Assembly: GCF_009914755.1 (NCBI RefSeq)
Contig: NC_060926.1
Length of the DNA: 64,000 bases
Source: the human T2T-CHM13v2.0 reference genome, Homo sapiens
Strand: one strand, 5' to 3'
Part shown: piece by piece, positions 40,201 to 53,425 of the stretch
Layout of the letters: each line of letters opens with the position of its first letter
Position numbering within the stretch: position 1 is the stretch's first letter
Notes under the pieces: generated by a model
Told to the model about the DNA's origin: nothing
Database searches by the model: none
Seen by the model: the letters and a program-made list of their open reading frames with translations, nothing else
Translations under genes and position numbers: made by a program

Positions 40201-42099
40201 TCTCTAGCACATTTTGGGTCTGACAGATCCAGGGTCTTCTACCTACTAATCATTTTAACTATTAACAAGCAGGCTTTTATTTATTTGAAATTTTAAACCA
40301 GGCGGGGGTGGAAATGCACATCCTTAGAATTAGGTAATTTAAAATGGCTTTTCCTCATTTCACCCCTCAACTCTTCCATATGACATCAAAAGCCTGGTTG
40401 ATGAATGTTGTTGCTGGTGGTAATTTATTCTGAATACATCTCTTTCATTTATGGCTGATCTCATGGAAGGAAAGGTTCATTTTACACCTTTTACCTCAGT
40501 AGCTTTGGAAGTACGCTTCTTAGATAACATTATTTTTTCTTTTTTTCTTGAATCCCTTCACATGAATGGCCAATGATAAAATCAGAGCCTGTGTCTTCAA
40601 CAAATGAAACAGGACTAGGTGCCCCTTGTTCCTTTATTCCTGTCTAGTTTTGTGTTTGAGTTTTATTCTACATATCCTTTCACTTTTTAGCCACTCTGAT
40701 CTCTGCCAACAAGAGCCACTTAAAAAGTTTTCCTTCTTTGAGTAAAGGTCAAAAATAAGTGATATTAATAAGAAATAAAACGAGAGCACATTTGCATTTT
40801 GACAATTGTAAGGATGTATATATGACGTCTGAAAATTCCAATAATGACTTGACAATCATTGATTTTTTTCTGAATGAGCTTTAGGATGTGCCTTTCTTTG
40901 GCAATCAAGGTGGTCACAATACATTGTCCCCTCATGCTGCTTTGTACTAAGTATTGAAAGGATACAACGAGAGACAAAGGAAAGAGAACAACATTTACAA
41001 ATGAATCTTAGAGTTGGAATGCCTTTCAGTGGCAGCAAATCATTTTTAATCTGACAGCTCCTAATTACATAGATTGCAAGATAAAATGCACCTAACAAGT
41101 GTCAGACTCACGTGAGTTAAAAAACCTGGTGGGTTGCAAAAGGCATTTGATGCTCCTAAACCTTCCTGAAAGTGAATGTCCTTGAAAGCTCTCATGGCAG
41201 TGAGTTAAAGAGCTCAGCTGGGGGGTCTGCTGACATGTTGTAATGACTATAATTTATAGCACACCAGCTCCATACTACCCTTTACCCCAGCAGGGTGTTT
41301 CCTGGAAACTGGTATGGCTTATGGAGAATTGGAAGGAAGAAAGAGGAAAGGAAAACATGACTCTGAGGCCCTTTTAGCTGCTTCTGTACTGTTAGCTTAC
41401 ACTTTTGGGGCTCCATTTAGAGACCAGTAACTTTCATACTGAACATATCTTATTCATCTTCTGCTGATTAATGTCATAATGGCATAGTTACGTTCTTGAC
41501 TGGCATAGAGCAGTCATATCACACAACTTGGAAGAAGCTTGGGGATGACTTAAATTTCACCCATTTATTCATTCATCAAGTTTAATTGGGCACCTACAAA
41601 ATGCCAAGAACTGTTCTTAGAACTGGGGTCGTATCAACTAGACAGGCTTCTTGATCTCACGAAGAGTAACATTCCTTGGGCGTGAAAAGGTGTAAGAGGG
41701 AAAAGATCCAAAAGAAAAAACAACTAAACATACACATGAACAAGATAATTTCTGATATGATATCACTTATAAGACTCTGAAGCTATCTTGTTTAGCCTTT
41801 TTCCCTGGCAACTATACTTTAGGCAAGAAGAACTTTGTGTGTGGTTAAGTTTGTTAAAATTGGGAGAATGATGAAGAGGCATGAACAGAAAGGTAGAAAT
41901 TGAAAGACAGCATCCTTATAATATGTTAAAACAGGCATTCTGGTGTGGTTCATAAACTATCTCTGAGGATAATTTCCATAGCAAAATTTCAAAATAATTG
42001 AAGCAATTGCACCATCATTGGAGTAAAAATTTGGATGCCAACATGTAACTTCAAAAGATGTATTATTTCTTCAATTCTAGTATAAAACAGAACATAAAA

Positions 42100-42350
42100 A
42101 AACAGCATAATATGGTGGAGCAGAATAGATTTTGGTTTGATTTGGGTTCAAATCTTGGCAGTGGCTCATCCTGACTCTGTGACCTTTGCCACATTATTTG
42201 CAACATTACCTGTTACTTTATGTCATTTCATCCTAAAATTGGCAAAATAATAAAATATCTGGGAATTTTTATAAAAAATAATCAAAATAATATTTAGAAA
42301 GTGCCCCAAACAATCCCACTCCTATATAGGATGAGTAGGAGGTTCATACA
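42100..42350 (+). mobile_element. MIR
   Basis: CAGCATAATATGGTGGA..TTGGGTTCAAATCTTGGC..CTGTGACCTTTG. Confidence 0.7.
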
Positions 42351-45300
42351 TGTTCCTGTTTTTATCCTTAGTCATAAATTATAATTTTATATACATTACA
42401 CATTATTACAATCAATAAACCATGATATCAATTCTTAAAATCTTCAAATGCAGCTAGAGAGACAAATTCAGTGCTTTAAGGACAGCTTCATTCCATTACT
42501 ATCAGGTCAAATAAAGGGTTTCATGTGAAATGTAAGGCGTTTTGATTTTGTGTATTCAGGATCAAGCCTGTCATACTGTTCCTTTGAGTATGGCCACTAT
42601 TCAAGTCATAGCTTTTGAGGCTTTTTGATATTGTGAAACAACAACTCAATGAAGGATCAAAGGATGGAAAATTGAAGGTTGATTCATGCATTTTAGAGTA
42701 AGGATGCCTTATAGCATCGGGCACAATATGAAAGAGCCAGTGCCAGGGAGATGATAACTCGGGAGAACAGAAAGACCTTGATTTCAAAGGAGCAAACAAA
42801 CAAACAAAAAAAAATCAAGAACTTAATCTCTCTAATGCCTCAGATCCTGACAGAAAAATTTACAATGATGAAAGAAAGAAATAAAATACAGATGACTGGA
42901 AAAATTTCCCCCACAAACTGCCAAGTGACCCTGTACTATCTCCAGACTTTCCAAAGATACCTTTGAAAACCTCTCCCACAGAAGCCTTCCTAAATTTAAG
43001 GACTTGAAAAGGTCGGTACATTTAACATTTTGTTGCAAAATAAGTGGGCAGGGATTATGAAGTAAAATAATTTTGTATTATATACCATGCTTGCACATAT
43101 TAAATGCAATTCTTGGTTAATGATTTCTGGTTAATGATTCTTTTATAAAAAAGTGCTTGGTATGTTATAGGTATCTAGTTTATTAGGAATAGTGTTTAGA
43201 AGTATTTCTGAAGAAGTTAAGTACTGAGCCCTGAGTTAGGAATGTGATTTTTTTTTCAATATTCTGAAGATAAGATCCAATTTGCTTAATTTCAATTTAT
43301 AATCCTTTCTTCCAAATGCAATCTGCTCTAAGATCTTGTTCTTCCACGCTTTTCCTAGGTGCTCACAGGTTATCTTGTTTTCTTTCCCTCCTTCAAAGCC
43401 TTTTCTCTACCTATGGTATCTGGTGCTTCTATGTACTAGGTGAAAAAAGGTTGACGATGTGGCAAAATGAAATTGCCATCTTTTGTGGTTAGCCAGTGCA
43501 GTGAGTGTTCAGTCCCCTTGAGGTATTTTTGTGCAGCTTTTTAGAGAAGCATTTTCACGTCCCCACTGAACTGATAACGATGAAACTTCAATCCCTGTTG
43601 CCTTCAATCATTTTCTCATTGTGCCAGCTCAATGAATTTTCTTCGACTCCAGTTCTGGCACCTGGTCTGGCAGAGGCGGAGAAAAGGAAAAATTCTTTTG
43701 GGGTGGTTTGCAATGAACTTCACTTTTAATTCTCTGTTAATGTGCATTCTGAAGTCCTATTCAGAGAAAAATTCTGTTCATGTTTGTGACAAAAAGCAGG
43801 ATGCAGAAAAGTGACAGATGTAAGATGAGAGAAGGGGCAGCCTTTAATCATCTTGTTGTCAAAGCAGCTTTGGATTGCCCTTTAAAGAAAGCGTTTTCTT
43901 TGCTGCTTCTGGAAAACTGGAGACTCATTCTCTTGCCCTTTGCAGATTCCTTACCCAGAGGGTTAAACTCCACATTGTATGCCAAACTTCAAAACCCTAG
44001 ATCTTTGCTACAAAGCAATCCAGTTTATACATTCACATTTCAAAAGAATTGGATTCCTTTGCTCTAACTAGATAAAAACTCTGGTGACTCATTTTACACA
44101 TAATTCTGAGGGAAGTTTACACATAGTCCTGACTCAGTTTACACATTATCCTGATCCATAAAAATATATGGCAAATCTCAATGACTAAAGAACTCATTTT
44201 CATTTATGATTGGACTAGTTACTTCATGGAGAGGCTAAGTGTTAAAGCAGGTACTGTTTACAAAGCAAAAGCCCCTTCTCCCTTAATCCCTGTGTGACTG
44301 TAATTAAGCAGGAGAGTTAATTTTATGTAAATCATGCATTACTGTAATTGGGCACAAGTGAACATTCATGTACATCTTATTTAAAAGTGAAATATAATGT
44401 TATTTTGAGGATGCTGGTGTAGCAAAGTCTCAATCCTCTGGGGGGAAGCCAGCAACATCACTGGCTGTTTATAAGACTCACTCTTTAGTCTGTGAGCTTA
44501 ATTACAAATCACCCAGCTCTGTTTAGCACTATTCTGTGAAGAACGAGTCACGTGCCTTTGGAATAGCTGAGAAGTGGAACACTGGGGCTTCCATTCCTAT
44601 TTCTTTCTTAACCTCCACTTAAAGAGCAGTCATTTTTCTCTTTCTACTCATCTTTTCAAACCTAAACAATACTTTCCAATGGTTTGCTCCGCTTGGCAGT
44701 TCTGACCCATATATCCCCAGGCAGACTACAGATGGATTTGTCTTCTACATGCAGGGGCTAGTCTGCTTCCTTTTTTAGCTTGTCTTTTCTAATGCTTCTC
44801 AGGGCTGCTTTATAACCCTAGGATTTTGTTTTCCAGGAGTAGCCAGATCAGATACTATCCAGCAGCCTGCACTTGTGATTGCTACAGCACCTCCACATCC
44901 CTGGGAGGGAGGGCTAGCCTCTGGGTGGAGAGGATGAGCCTTTCTTTTATTCTTTATCTGGAGAGCAGACCTAGTGCTTTGGGACAAGGTTGCCCTGCAG
45001 AATATACAAAATCTAATTTACATATCTTGAGGTCAAGATTTGTAAGGAAGAAAATATGCACATGACAAAACTTTTATTTTAAACATATTCTCCTTCTCAC
45101 CCAGAGTCCTGAAAATCATTTTTTGGAGTTGTGCCTTGGCCTGATTCTGCCCAGCCTGCCAAGCCAGCTCCTCTGCCTGCAAACTCTGTATACACAGAAG
45201 GTTAACCTTCTCAGACTTCGGGGCAAGAGGCCTTCCCAGCGATGCCACCTTTCTGCTCCCTGCTTTCTTGCTGTCATTTCATAGTCCTGAAATCCTGATC

Positions 45301-48300
45301 AGATATTTTAGACTCAGTTCTTCTAGAAGGATTATTTGAATGGACAATCTCTTACATTCCTCTTCCCATAATTGCCCTCCTCCTACAATTCAATAGTTTG
45401 TTATCTTCATTCCTTTCACCTTTCCAGGGCTTCTGATTTCCCACTTAGCTCTTTCCGGTTCACTTTCTTTTTTCCCCCATACCATATATTGTCATTTCTC
45501 ATGCTGAGGGTGACTTACATGAACTGTCATTGGTGAAGAGGTTACGGATGTGAACAGATGAAGTAATTTCTAGCTAAGAATTTTGTTTTCCCCGCAAGTG
45601 AGTAGTAAGGAGATAAGTGTGTTCTTTAGTGGCCATAACATTTTCTCTTCCTCTTGGTTCTTAGAAAAAGACTCCTTTAGGTAACATGTAGTGAAGCCTG
45701 TTAGTAGAATTCAGTCTGTCTTTGCTGAAGTAATTCTTCCAGTAAAATTCAATGCCATTTTGTATTAGCTAACTTCAGCTCAGGTAATGGGTAGCAGCTA
45801 TTTGTATATTCCTTTAAGTAATACATGATTTTTTTACATTATTTTTAATTATTCAATTTTATGTTGTGTTTAGGCTTGAGAGTTGGTTTGAGTGCTTTTG
45901 AATATTATCAGGTGTTGCATTTTTGAATAAATAGAAGTAAAAATATGTACACTTAATGTCATTGCTGTTGTTGTTCAATGTTACACTACTTATACAAACT
46001 CCTGGTTCTGAACCAAGCTGAATGCCTTAACTAATGGCAGTGAACAGCTCTTTACTCATACTGTGCAAGGCAGAGGAAGAGACATCAGTGGGGAAGGAGA
46101 GCTCCAGTTTGAGAAAAATAACTCAGCTTTGAGGCTAGCACCAATTATGAGATGAGTTTAACTTAAGTGTGAACTGGTGAAAGAATGGCAGCTTCAGCAT
46201 AATGTGTTGTGAGCATGCGATGGTTAAGTGGCAAAACCCTGGGCTTCTCCAGCTTAGGGATCAGAGGAAGAGACCTCCACAAGGTGAAAAGAGAAGAAAC
46301 AAAGCATCTTTAGAGTGAGTGGGGGGAAAAACTGCCTTAGCATCTCTGGATCTAGGTAGATACGACTTAGGCACAGGGATAATGAGGGAGAAACTGTCAA
46401 TAAGGTTTCCATGCTTTATGGGTACACTTTGGACAGATGCAGAGCATGAGACTGAGAATGCCTTCAGCTGGCATGAAAGTGCGAAGACAAAAGGCCCCTT
46501 TTAAGTAGTATGTGAGATGGTGGAAGGAAAGGTAAAGATGCAGTGCAATAGAGATGATCCTCAGCTAAATTCTTTAAAGGCCTCACTGACTCGTAACTGA
46601 GAGTGATTGAAATGTACACAAAAGCTACACTGTATATGTGTAGTTTGACAAATTATGCTTAATAACTATTAAACTTCATATTCTTTAGTGAGGATTCAGT
46701 TTATTAATAAATTATTTTGTCTTAGAAAAACTCAACATATATTAATATATTCATATAAATTATTTGAAACGATATACACAAACACCATGGTGCTTTTCTC
46801 TTGGTGGTGATACTATTTTATGCCTCCGGCTTATCTATATTTGCTAATTTTGCCAGTTAATAAAGTAATAAAGTGTTACGTATGTAATATATTTATTAAT
46901 TATTTGATGTACTTCATGATAATTTGGGCTTTGTTTTCATGTCTAGATTCATTAGAAGGCCCCTGTTTTCAAGGTCTAAGTTCATGGAAAAGAATGAAGC
47001 TAGATTGTGGCAGAGAAGGGCTATAATGGAGGATGGCTATTGCATGAGGTGAAGAAAAAAGAGGTGGTTATTACTTCGAAAAAGAGAGAAAGCCCAATAA
47101 GGGGAGACATCCATAGAGAGGAAGGGAATAAAGCCCTCTCAAAATACAGCCAAACCCAAAAGAATGGGTTTGACTGTGTGGGTCTTGACAGACGCTGCCT
47201 CGGGACGATCACCATGGCTGAGCCACTCGTGTGGGGAGTTCCTGTGATGGATCAGGAAGACAGGGAGGTTTAGCCATGGCAATGGGACCACTGAGAACGG
47301 AGGGTGGGGCCTTGCTCCTGTTCGTCTCTCCCTTTCCCCTATAATACCTGATTTGGAACTTCTCATTAGTTCTGAGTTAGGTTCTTGTCCTGGATTAAAT
47401 TTGGCTTGGAAAAATAAAATATTATTTCTTTCATTTCTTACCTGATACAAGAGAAAGAGTAAAAATTAATTAAAAATTAAAAATGTACAAAAGATTCAAG
47501 TTAAAACAACACATTTAGTATTACTGGAAGTAGATATCAACCAAGGTGCCATACCCAGAGTGGAGGTGTCAGTAGATTTCTGTCCACGGTGAGGCTGGAA
47601 GGAGGCTTTGAATGTGCTGGGTAGCAGGTGGGACATCACACATAACTTCCTGATGTTGATTTCAAAGGTTCGTATTCATTTGTATATTTATGCACTTGTT
47701 ATAAAACCCACCCCATTACTTTGTATCATCCTCTGTTTCTCCTTTATCCGTCCTTTATGTGAGCTTCCTGAGGATGATCGTATGCATGTATCAATTAATT
47801 CAGTGAAAAACCTTTTATCATTGATATTCAGATGATTAATTATATAACTAACACGTCTACTGTAACTGGGGAGGAACAACAGGTGGTGCAGGGGTTGCAT
47901 AATTTTGGCAAAGGGAAGGAGCATCTGAAGACAAACATTAGTAGAGAGTCTAATATGACATAGAGATAATCTCTGTCATATTTCAATAGTCTGCACTGAT
48001 TTCTCCAGGATCCATGCAAGGGAAGACTTTGATCCTGCAAAGTCACTGCAATATTGACTCACTCATTCCCTGTCTGAAATCACACAAGAGGTTTAATGGT
48101 ATGTGCTTTATCAGGATAGACCTATTTTAAAGTAGCAGAATGACCCCCTCTTATTCAGACACAATACCAGTGGACCCATTTGAAAAAGAGAATTAGAGAT
48201 GCTGTGTTGTTTCTTAACTCTATATTGTCTTATTTTCCAGAACCAAAACCAGCTCTCTTGTCTTCAAAGAGATGAGAGATGGTTTTTTTTTTTTTTGAGT

Positions 48301-49510
48301 AAGGATAACTGCTTGATTCCTTCTGTGACCATATGATTCCCCCATGATGCAATATTTAACTGATGAAATGTGGTTTCTTCTTATTTATTTACTTTTACAA
48401 CACTTATTTATCAAATCTCTATAAAATAATTTCCATATATTGGAAGTTCACTGTGTGCATGTCACTATTCTGAGCACAAGTATGGATTGTCATGTTCATT
48501 TCTCAAACTAGTCATATTCGACATGGAATATATTTTTTTCTCCATTTAAAATATGAGGCATAATGAAGTTAGGCAACTAGCCCAAGGTTAGTTAGTAAAG
48601 TGAAGCTTAGACTGGCAGTCATATCTGCCTTGCTTCAGAGGCCAAGTTTTAAACATTATGCTCACTTTGGAGGCACCCAGTCCTCACTCACTACCCAGTC
48701 ACCTTGTCCTATTTTTAATTCTTTGTGTAGAACTTGAAACTTTTCAGTTTTTTTCTTTTTTTATTGTTTGATGAACCCTCTCCCCTCATGCACCTTCACC
48801 TCCTCTGCTGAAATGTGAGCCCGTGAGCAGAGACCTGTTAGGCACTTTATTGCTACATCACAGTACTTAGAATAGTGTCTGGCATGGTGTAGTATCCAAT
48901 AAATGTTTCTTAAGCAAACGAAAACAATTGGCAAGGCACTGATTTTCTGTTTTTTTGTCACTCCTTTGCTAAGGGAAAAACAGACTTGCATGGACAATTA
49001 AGGAACAACATGAAAAGCACTATAAGATAATTAGGAAGATGGCCAAGGGAGTCAGAGGGGCTTCACTGATAAGCTGTTATTTGCTCTGGGTTTTGTGAAG
49101 AGAAGGGTGTGAAGAAAGCATGAGGAGCATGTAAAATATCAGAAGCAAGAAGTCAGAGTATGTGTGGAGAATGATGAAGTCATTCTGTGTTAAGAGGACA
49201 CCTCTCCAGCCTTGCAGTTCCTCTTTCAGGGTCCCCAAGCACTCTGAGCTGACCAGTATCAGAGCCTTTGTCACATTCTTCATAATTTTTTTATTTACTT
49301 CTCAGTCTTCCCCATAGGACTGTGAGATCTCTGATGCAAGGAACTGGGATGTTCTGATGGTGAACTACTTTCAGGCAGGGACTCTGCCTTATTTATCTTT
49401 GTCTTTTTGTAACTTAGCATGGTGCTGGTAACTGAAGGCCCTTGGTAAATTGATAATAAATGTATAATGAATGAATGAGTAAATGAGGGAATGACATGGC
49501 TTATTAGCAG

Positions 49511-49850
<340 letters not shown>

Positions 49851-50084
49851 TGAGGATAAGCAATAAAAGTAGTTAATATGGTCCTTGGTAGCAATAATAT
49901 AAGTATAGTGCCTTTTTCCTGAATATATAGAATCTTGATAGAGAGACAGAAGTGATCTTATGGACGAAGAAACTGAGATCTGAGATATGAAATGACTTGT
50001 TCATGGTTCCACAGCAAAATTGCAGGTCTAAGTAGAACATGAATTTAAGAATCACAGCTCTCAATTAAACTTGCTTTCTACAAG

Positions 50085-50520
50085 TTCTGCTATATAGCGT
50101 GCTGGTCAGACAACTGTAGTAGACTGTGCAATTCTGAGCTCTACACTCAAAGAAATATAATGATAAAGGAGAATTTGTCCAAGGAAGGATGATGCAGATG
50201 CTAGGGGGATGTGGAAGTGATATCACATGAAGAACAGATGAGGAAATTAAGGATGTTTCACTTGGAGATGAAGAGAGTTGCAGGAAGGCTGTGGGGTGAA
50301 TGGGAAAACATGATTTCTGTCTTTTTATTTTAAATTCATAAGTCATTATTCCTTTGCTCCCAAGAGAAAAAATAGGAGCCCTGGGTAGAAACCACGTAGA
50401 AATAAGCATCATCTTGATATAAGAAAGAATTGTCTGAAAAATTATAATTGCCCAAGGATGAAATTCCAGATTATCAGAAATATGCCAGTAGAGGCTGGGT
50501 GATTATCTGTTAGTTCTAGA
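50085..50520 (+). mobile_element. L3/CR1 3' fragment
   Basis: GCTGGTCAGACAAC..CTGTGCAATTCTGAGC...CATGAAGAACAGATGAGGAAATTAAGGATGTTTCACTTGGAGA. Confidence 0.7.
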
Positions 50521-51281
50521 TTGTGAGTTTTTTTTTTTTTTTTTTTTTTTTTTAAAGCAGAGACCATGTTTTATTTGTATTTCCCTAGGACCTTAAATAG
50601 TGCCTCTCACATAGTATGTGCTCACTTAAGATTGTCATGCATCTTTTAAAAGGAATTCCTTCATGGGTTGGGTGAGCATGGAAATGGGCAAGAGTGTATT
50701 GTACTATGAACTCCAAGGACTTAGGTTTATGATCATTTGATAAAAATTCACATACAGCAATGCATCCATATCTAACAAGTCAAATCATTTCACCCTCCTA
50801 CAAGCAAGAGTCAGTGGAATTTTTTCTTTTAATCTCTATAAGTCTCTGTGGATGTTGCATTTTTTCCTCTTCCTTTATGGGGAGGAAGGGTTTCTTTGTC
50901 ACAAGTATCTTACAAAGGAGACCCTGGCTCGTTACATCTTTCTATCTGTTAACCAAACTAAACTTCCACGAAGAAGTTGAAAAGGAATTTGTCTTGTACA
51001 GGTGGTATAGGGCAGATTTATGGGAACATTTGAGTGATGGTTATGCCAATAGAGTCACACTTTTCACAGTGATGACTAATCTAGAAAACCAGGTTTTTCA
51101 GAGTCCTAAATCCTACTTAGATTGTCACCTTTATTTATGTTTTAACGAGTATTTTAAACATCATTTCAGAAAATAAATTTTCACTGAATATTTTATATTC
51201 AGAATATGTTGATTTGATATTTGGAGTGTCCTTTTTTTTTTAAAGTCCACGCACAGGTTATTTGAAGGAGACAAAGAGAGC

Positions 51282-51287
51282 TTTATT
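51282..51287 (-). terminator. TMEFF2: Distal polyadenylation signal AATAAA
   Basis: Minus strand reads AATAAAGCTCTCTTTGTCTCCTTCAAATAACCTGTGCGTGG: CA about 20 nt downstream, then a GU-rich element. Confidence 0.6.
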
Positions 51288-52251
51288 TAAATTTACTGTG
51301 TTAGCCATGGAAAGCTTTGCAGAGCTAAATGATAATAATTGATTTATTTTCATCTTATTCCTTGAGAATTTTCACAGCTTATTTTTTCCAGATCAAGTTG
51401 TGATACCTATTTGTATGCACAAATCAAACAAAAATCCATACCAACTTCCCAGTGAGGTCTTTCAGATGCTATAGGATTAATTTTCTTTCTTACCTCACCA
51501 CATAAATATGCTCAAAACATCTCTCTGTTTTCATGAAATATCGTCATCATCATCTTAGTTCCATTACAAATTATGGTGCTGCATTAGCCACAAAGCTATT
51601 CATGGGGTATTGGTTGTGATTCTAACTTCTTTTCAAAGAACTATATACTATACATATTGTATGGTGCTTTTGAGAATTCACGATTTTGGTGTTTCACATC
51701 TAGTGGTGTTATTACATTTTTCCCCTGGTAATTCCACCCACCTAAATGGAATATATTTTGCCACTCTGTGTATACCTAGTATGTAACTTGTTCAGTAAGT
51801 TCAGATATATGCACTTAACTGGGGGATTCTAAGCTACTTCCCCAATAAAAACCAATATTTTCTTTCCCTCTCCTTTATGAGTTATAAAACACTTTCCCTC
51901 CCCTTCTTCTTTTATTTAGTTTATATGCCAGAGATTTTTCTGCTCTAGGGATGAAAATGGAAGACCAGGGAAGAAAGTTGATGAAATAGAGATGATTCAA
52001 AGATCGGAAATATTTTATCCTCACTCGATATAAAGTAAATTATTTTTTCTCTTTTCCAATAACCATCATTTCCCTTGATCTTGGAATCATTCAAAACCTA
52101 GCCACTGAGTCCTGTACAAACTAATGTGCTGTCTCAAGATGAGAAGAAACATGAAATATTGGTAGCTGTACAGATTGTACTAGTCTGATTATATTTACAG
52201 TTATGAGATACCGCAAATTTAAGAATGCCAATTTTTTCTCATCACTGAGTA

Positions 52252-52315
52252 TTTATTATATATAACAAATACATGGGAAAGAAAAAACTATATTGTGTGA
52301 TATAAATAGTTTATT
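52252..52315 (-). terminator. TMEFF2: Proximal polyadenylation signals (two AATAAA)
   Basis: TTTATT on + at 52252-57 and 52310-15, about 210-270 nt after the stop; the second is preceded by UGUA (TGTAAATAAA). Confidence 0.55.
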
Positions 52316-52525
52316 TACATTACAGAAAAAACATCAAGACAATGTATACTATTTCAAATATATCCATACATAATCAAATATAGCTGTAGTACATGTTTTC
52401 ATTGGTGTAGATTACCACAAATGCAAGGCAACATGTGTAGATCTCTTGTCTTATTCTTTTGTCTATAATACTGTATTGTGTAGTCCAAGCTCTCGGTAGT
52501 CCAGCCACTGTGAAACATGCTCCCT

Positions 52526-52622
52526 TTAGATTAACCTCGTGGACGCTCTTGTTGTATTGTCTGAACTGTAGTGCCCTGTATTTTGCTTCTGTCTGTGAAT
52601 TCTGTTGCTTCTGGGGCATTTC
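52526..52622 (-). CDS. TMEFF2: TMEFF2 last coding exon, cytoplasmic tail (R)KCPRSNRIHRQKQNTGHYSSDNTTRASTRLI*
   Basis: Acceptor CTTTCCAACCTTCCAG|G at 52623; 97 nt; phase fits the preceding exon (AG|G = Arg); TAA at 52528-52526; peptide recognised as the TMEFF2 C-terminus. Confidence 0.97.
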
Positions 52623-52666
52623 CTGGAAGGTTGGAAAGTTTACAAATCTCAGTCCAATGCTATTAC

Positions 52667-52679
52667 CTAAAGTTTGGCC
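52667..52679 (-). CDS. TMEFF2: Alternative 3' acceptor segment giving short tail R-A-K-L-stop
   Basis: CTTAAT branch-like motif, TCTTTATTCTGTGATTGTAG|G GCC AAA CTT TAG; matches my recollection of a short TMEFF2 isoform ending AKL. Confidence 0.7.
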
Positions 52680-53309
52680 CTACAATCACAGAATAAAGAT
52701 GTGGATTAAGCAAATTATTAAAATATTTCAGATGAAAGAATTTATCATTAGTAGAAGCTTGGATTATTTTGGAAAAGTTATTATTTTGCTTTTCTGTGCA
52801 GTTGTCTTTAAATTTTTGTTGGGAATTGAACACAGGCAGAAGTTGAAGAGGAAGACATTTACTTTGTCCTTAACTGCTTACTCATTAAGGCACAAAGAAT
52901 GACTCAGCACAATGCAATCAAGCAAGTCATGGGCCCATTTTATCTCACTTTAAAGGTCTTCAACAATTTTATATTTCAAATGTCCTAAGAATGAATGTTA
53001 TATTGACTTTTCAATGTTATGAGTTTAAATCCTATCAAACCAGAGAATGAACCAACTGTTAATATCTGATATGTAATGGAAAGGAATATTGTTTTGGACC
53101 AGCCTAATATCATTTTTGTACATTACTAGTATAAATTAGGGACATAAATTGGTACCAGTTATTTAGCATCTATAAAAATCTAATATTCAGTCAAATTATC
53201 TGAAAATGTCTGACTTTTTTCTCTTGTAACAAAAAATGCTTTGACTATGCAAATGAGAATAGTGGAAAGTTCATATAAAATTCTATTATAATAATCTGTG
53301 AAGTATCAG

Positions 53310-53425
53310 AATATATAAAAATATATGAATATACATACACATATATATCACGTGTGTATATGTGGGTTTATGTGTATGTATGTGTGTGTGTGTATGTATG
53401 TGTATATAAATATATATATGTATAG
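53310..53425. repeat. TA/TG-rich low-complexity microsatellite
   Basis: Directly visible. Confidence 0.85.

Larger units (their letters stand above)
51260..52525 (-). other. TMEFF2: TMEFF2 3' UTR (longest plausible form)
   Basis: Repeat-free AT-rich sequence after the stop codon; minus-strand AATAAA at 52310-15, 52252-57, 51911-16, 51343-48 and 51282-87. The distal end is inferred from the last hexamer and its downstream TGTGCGTGG GU-rich element. Confidence 0.75.

Noticed and set aside
52374-52902. ORFs 52374-52619 (-) and 52459-52902 (+) overlapping the last TMEFF2 exon
   Set aside because: Off-frame or antisense to the true exon, with no support as independent genes.
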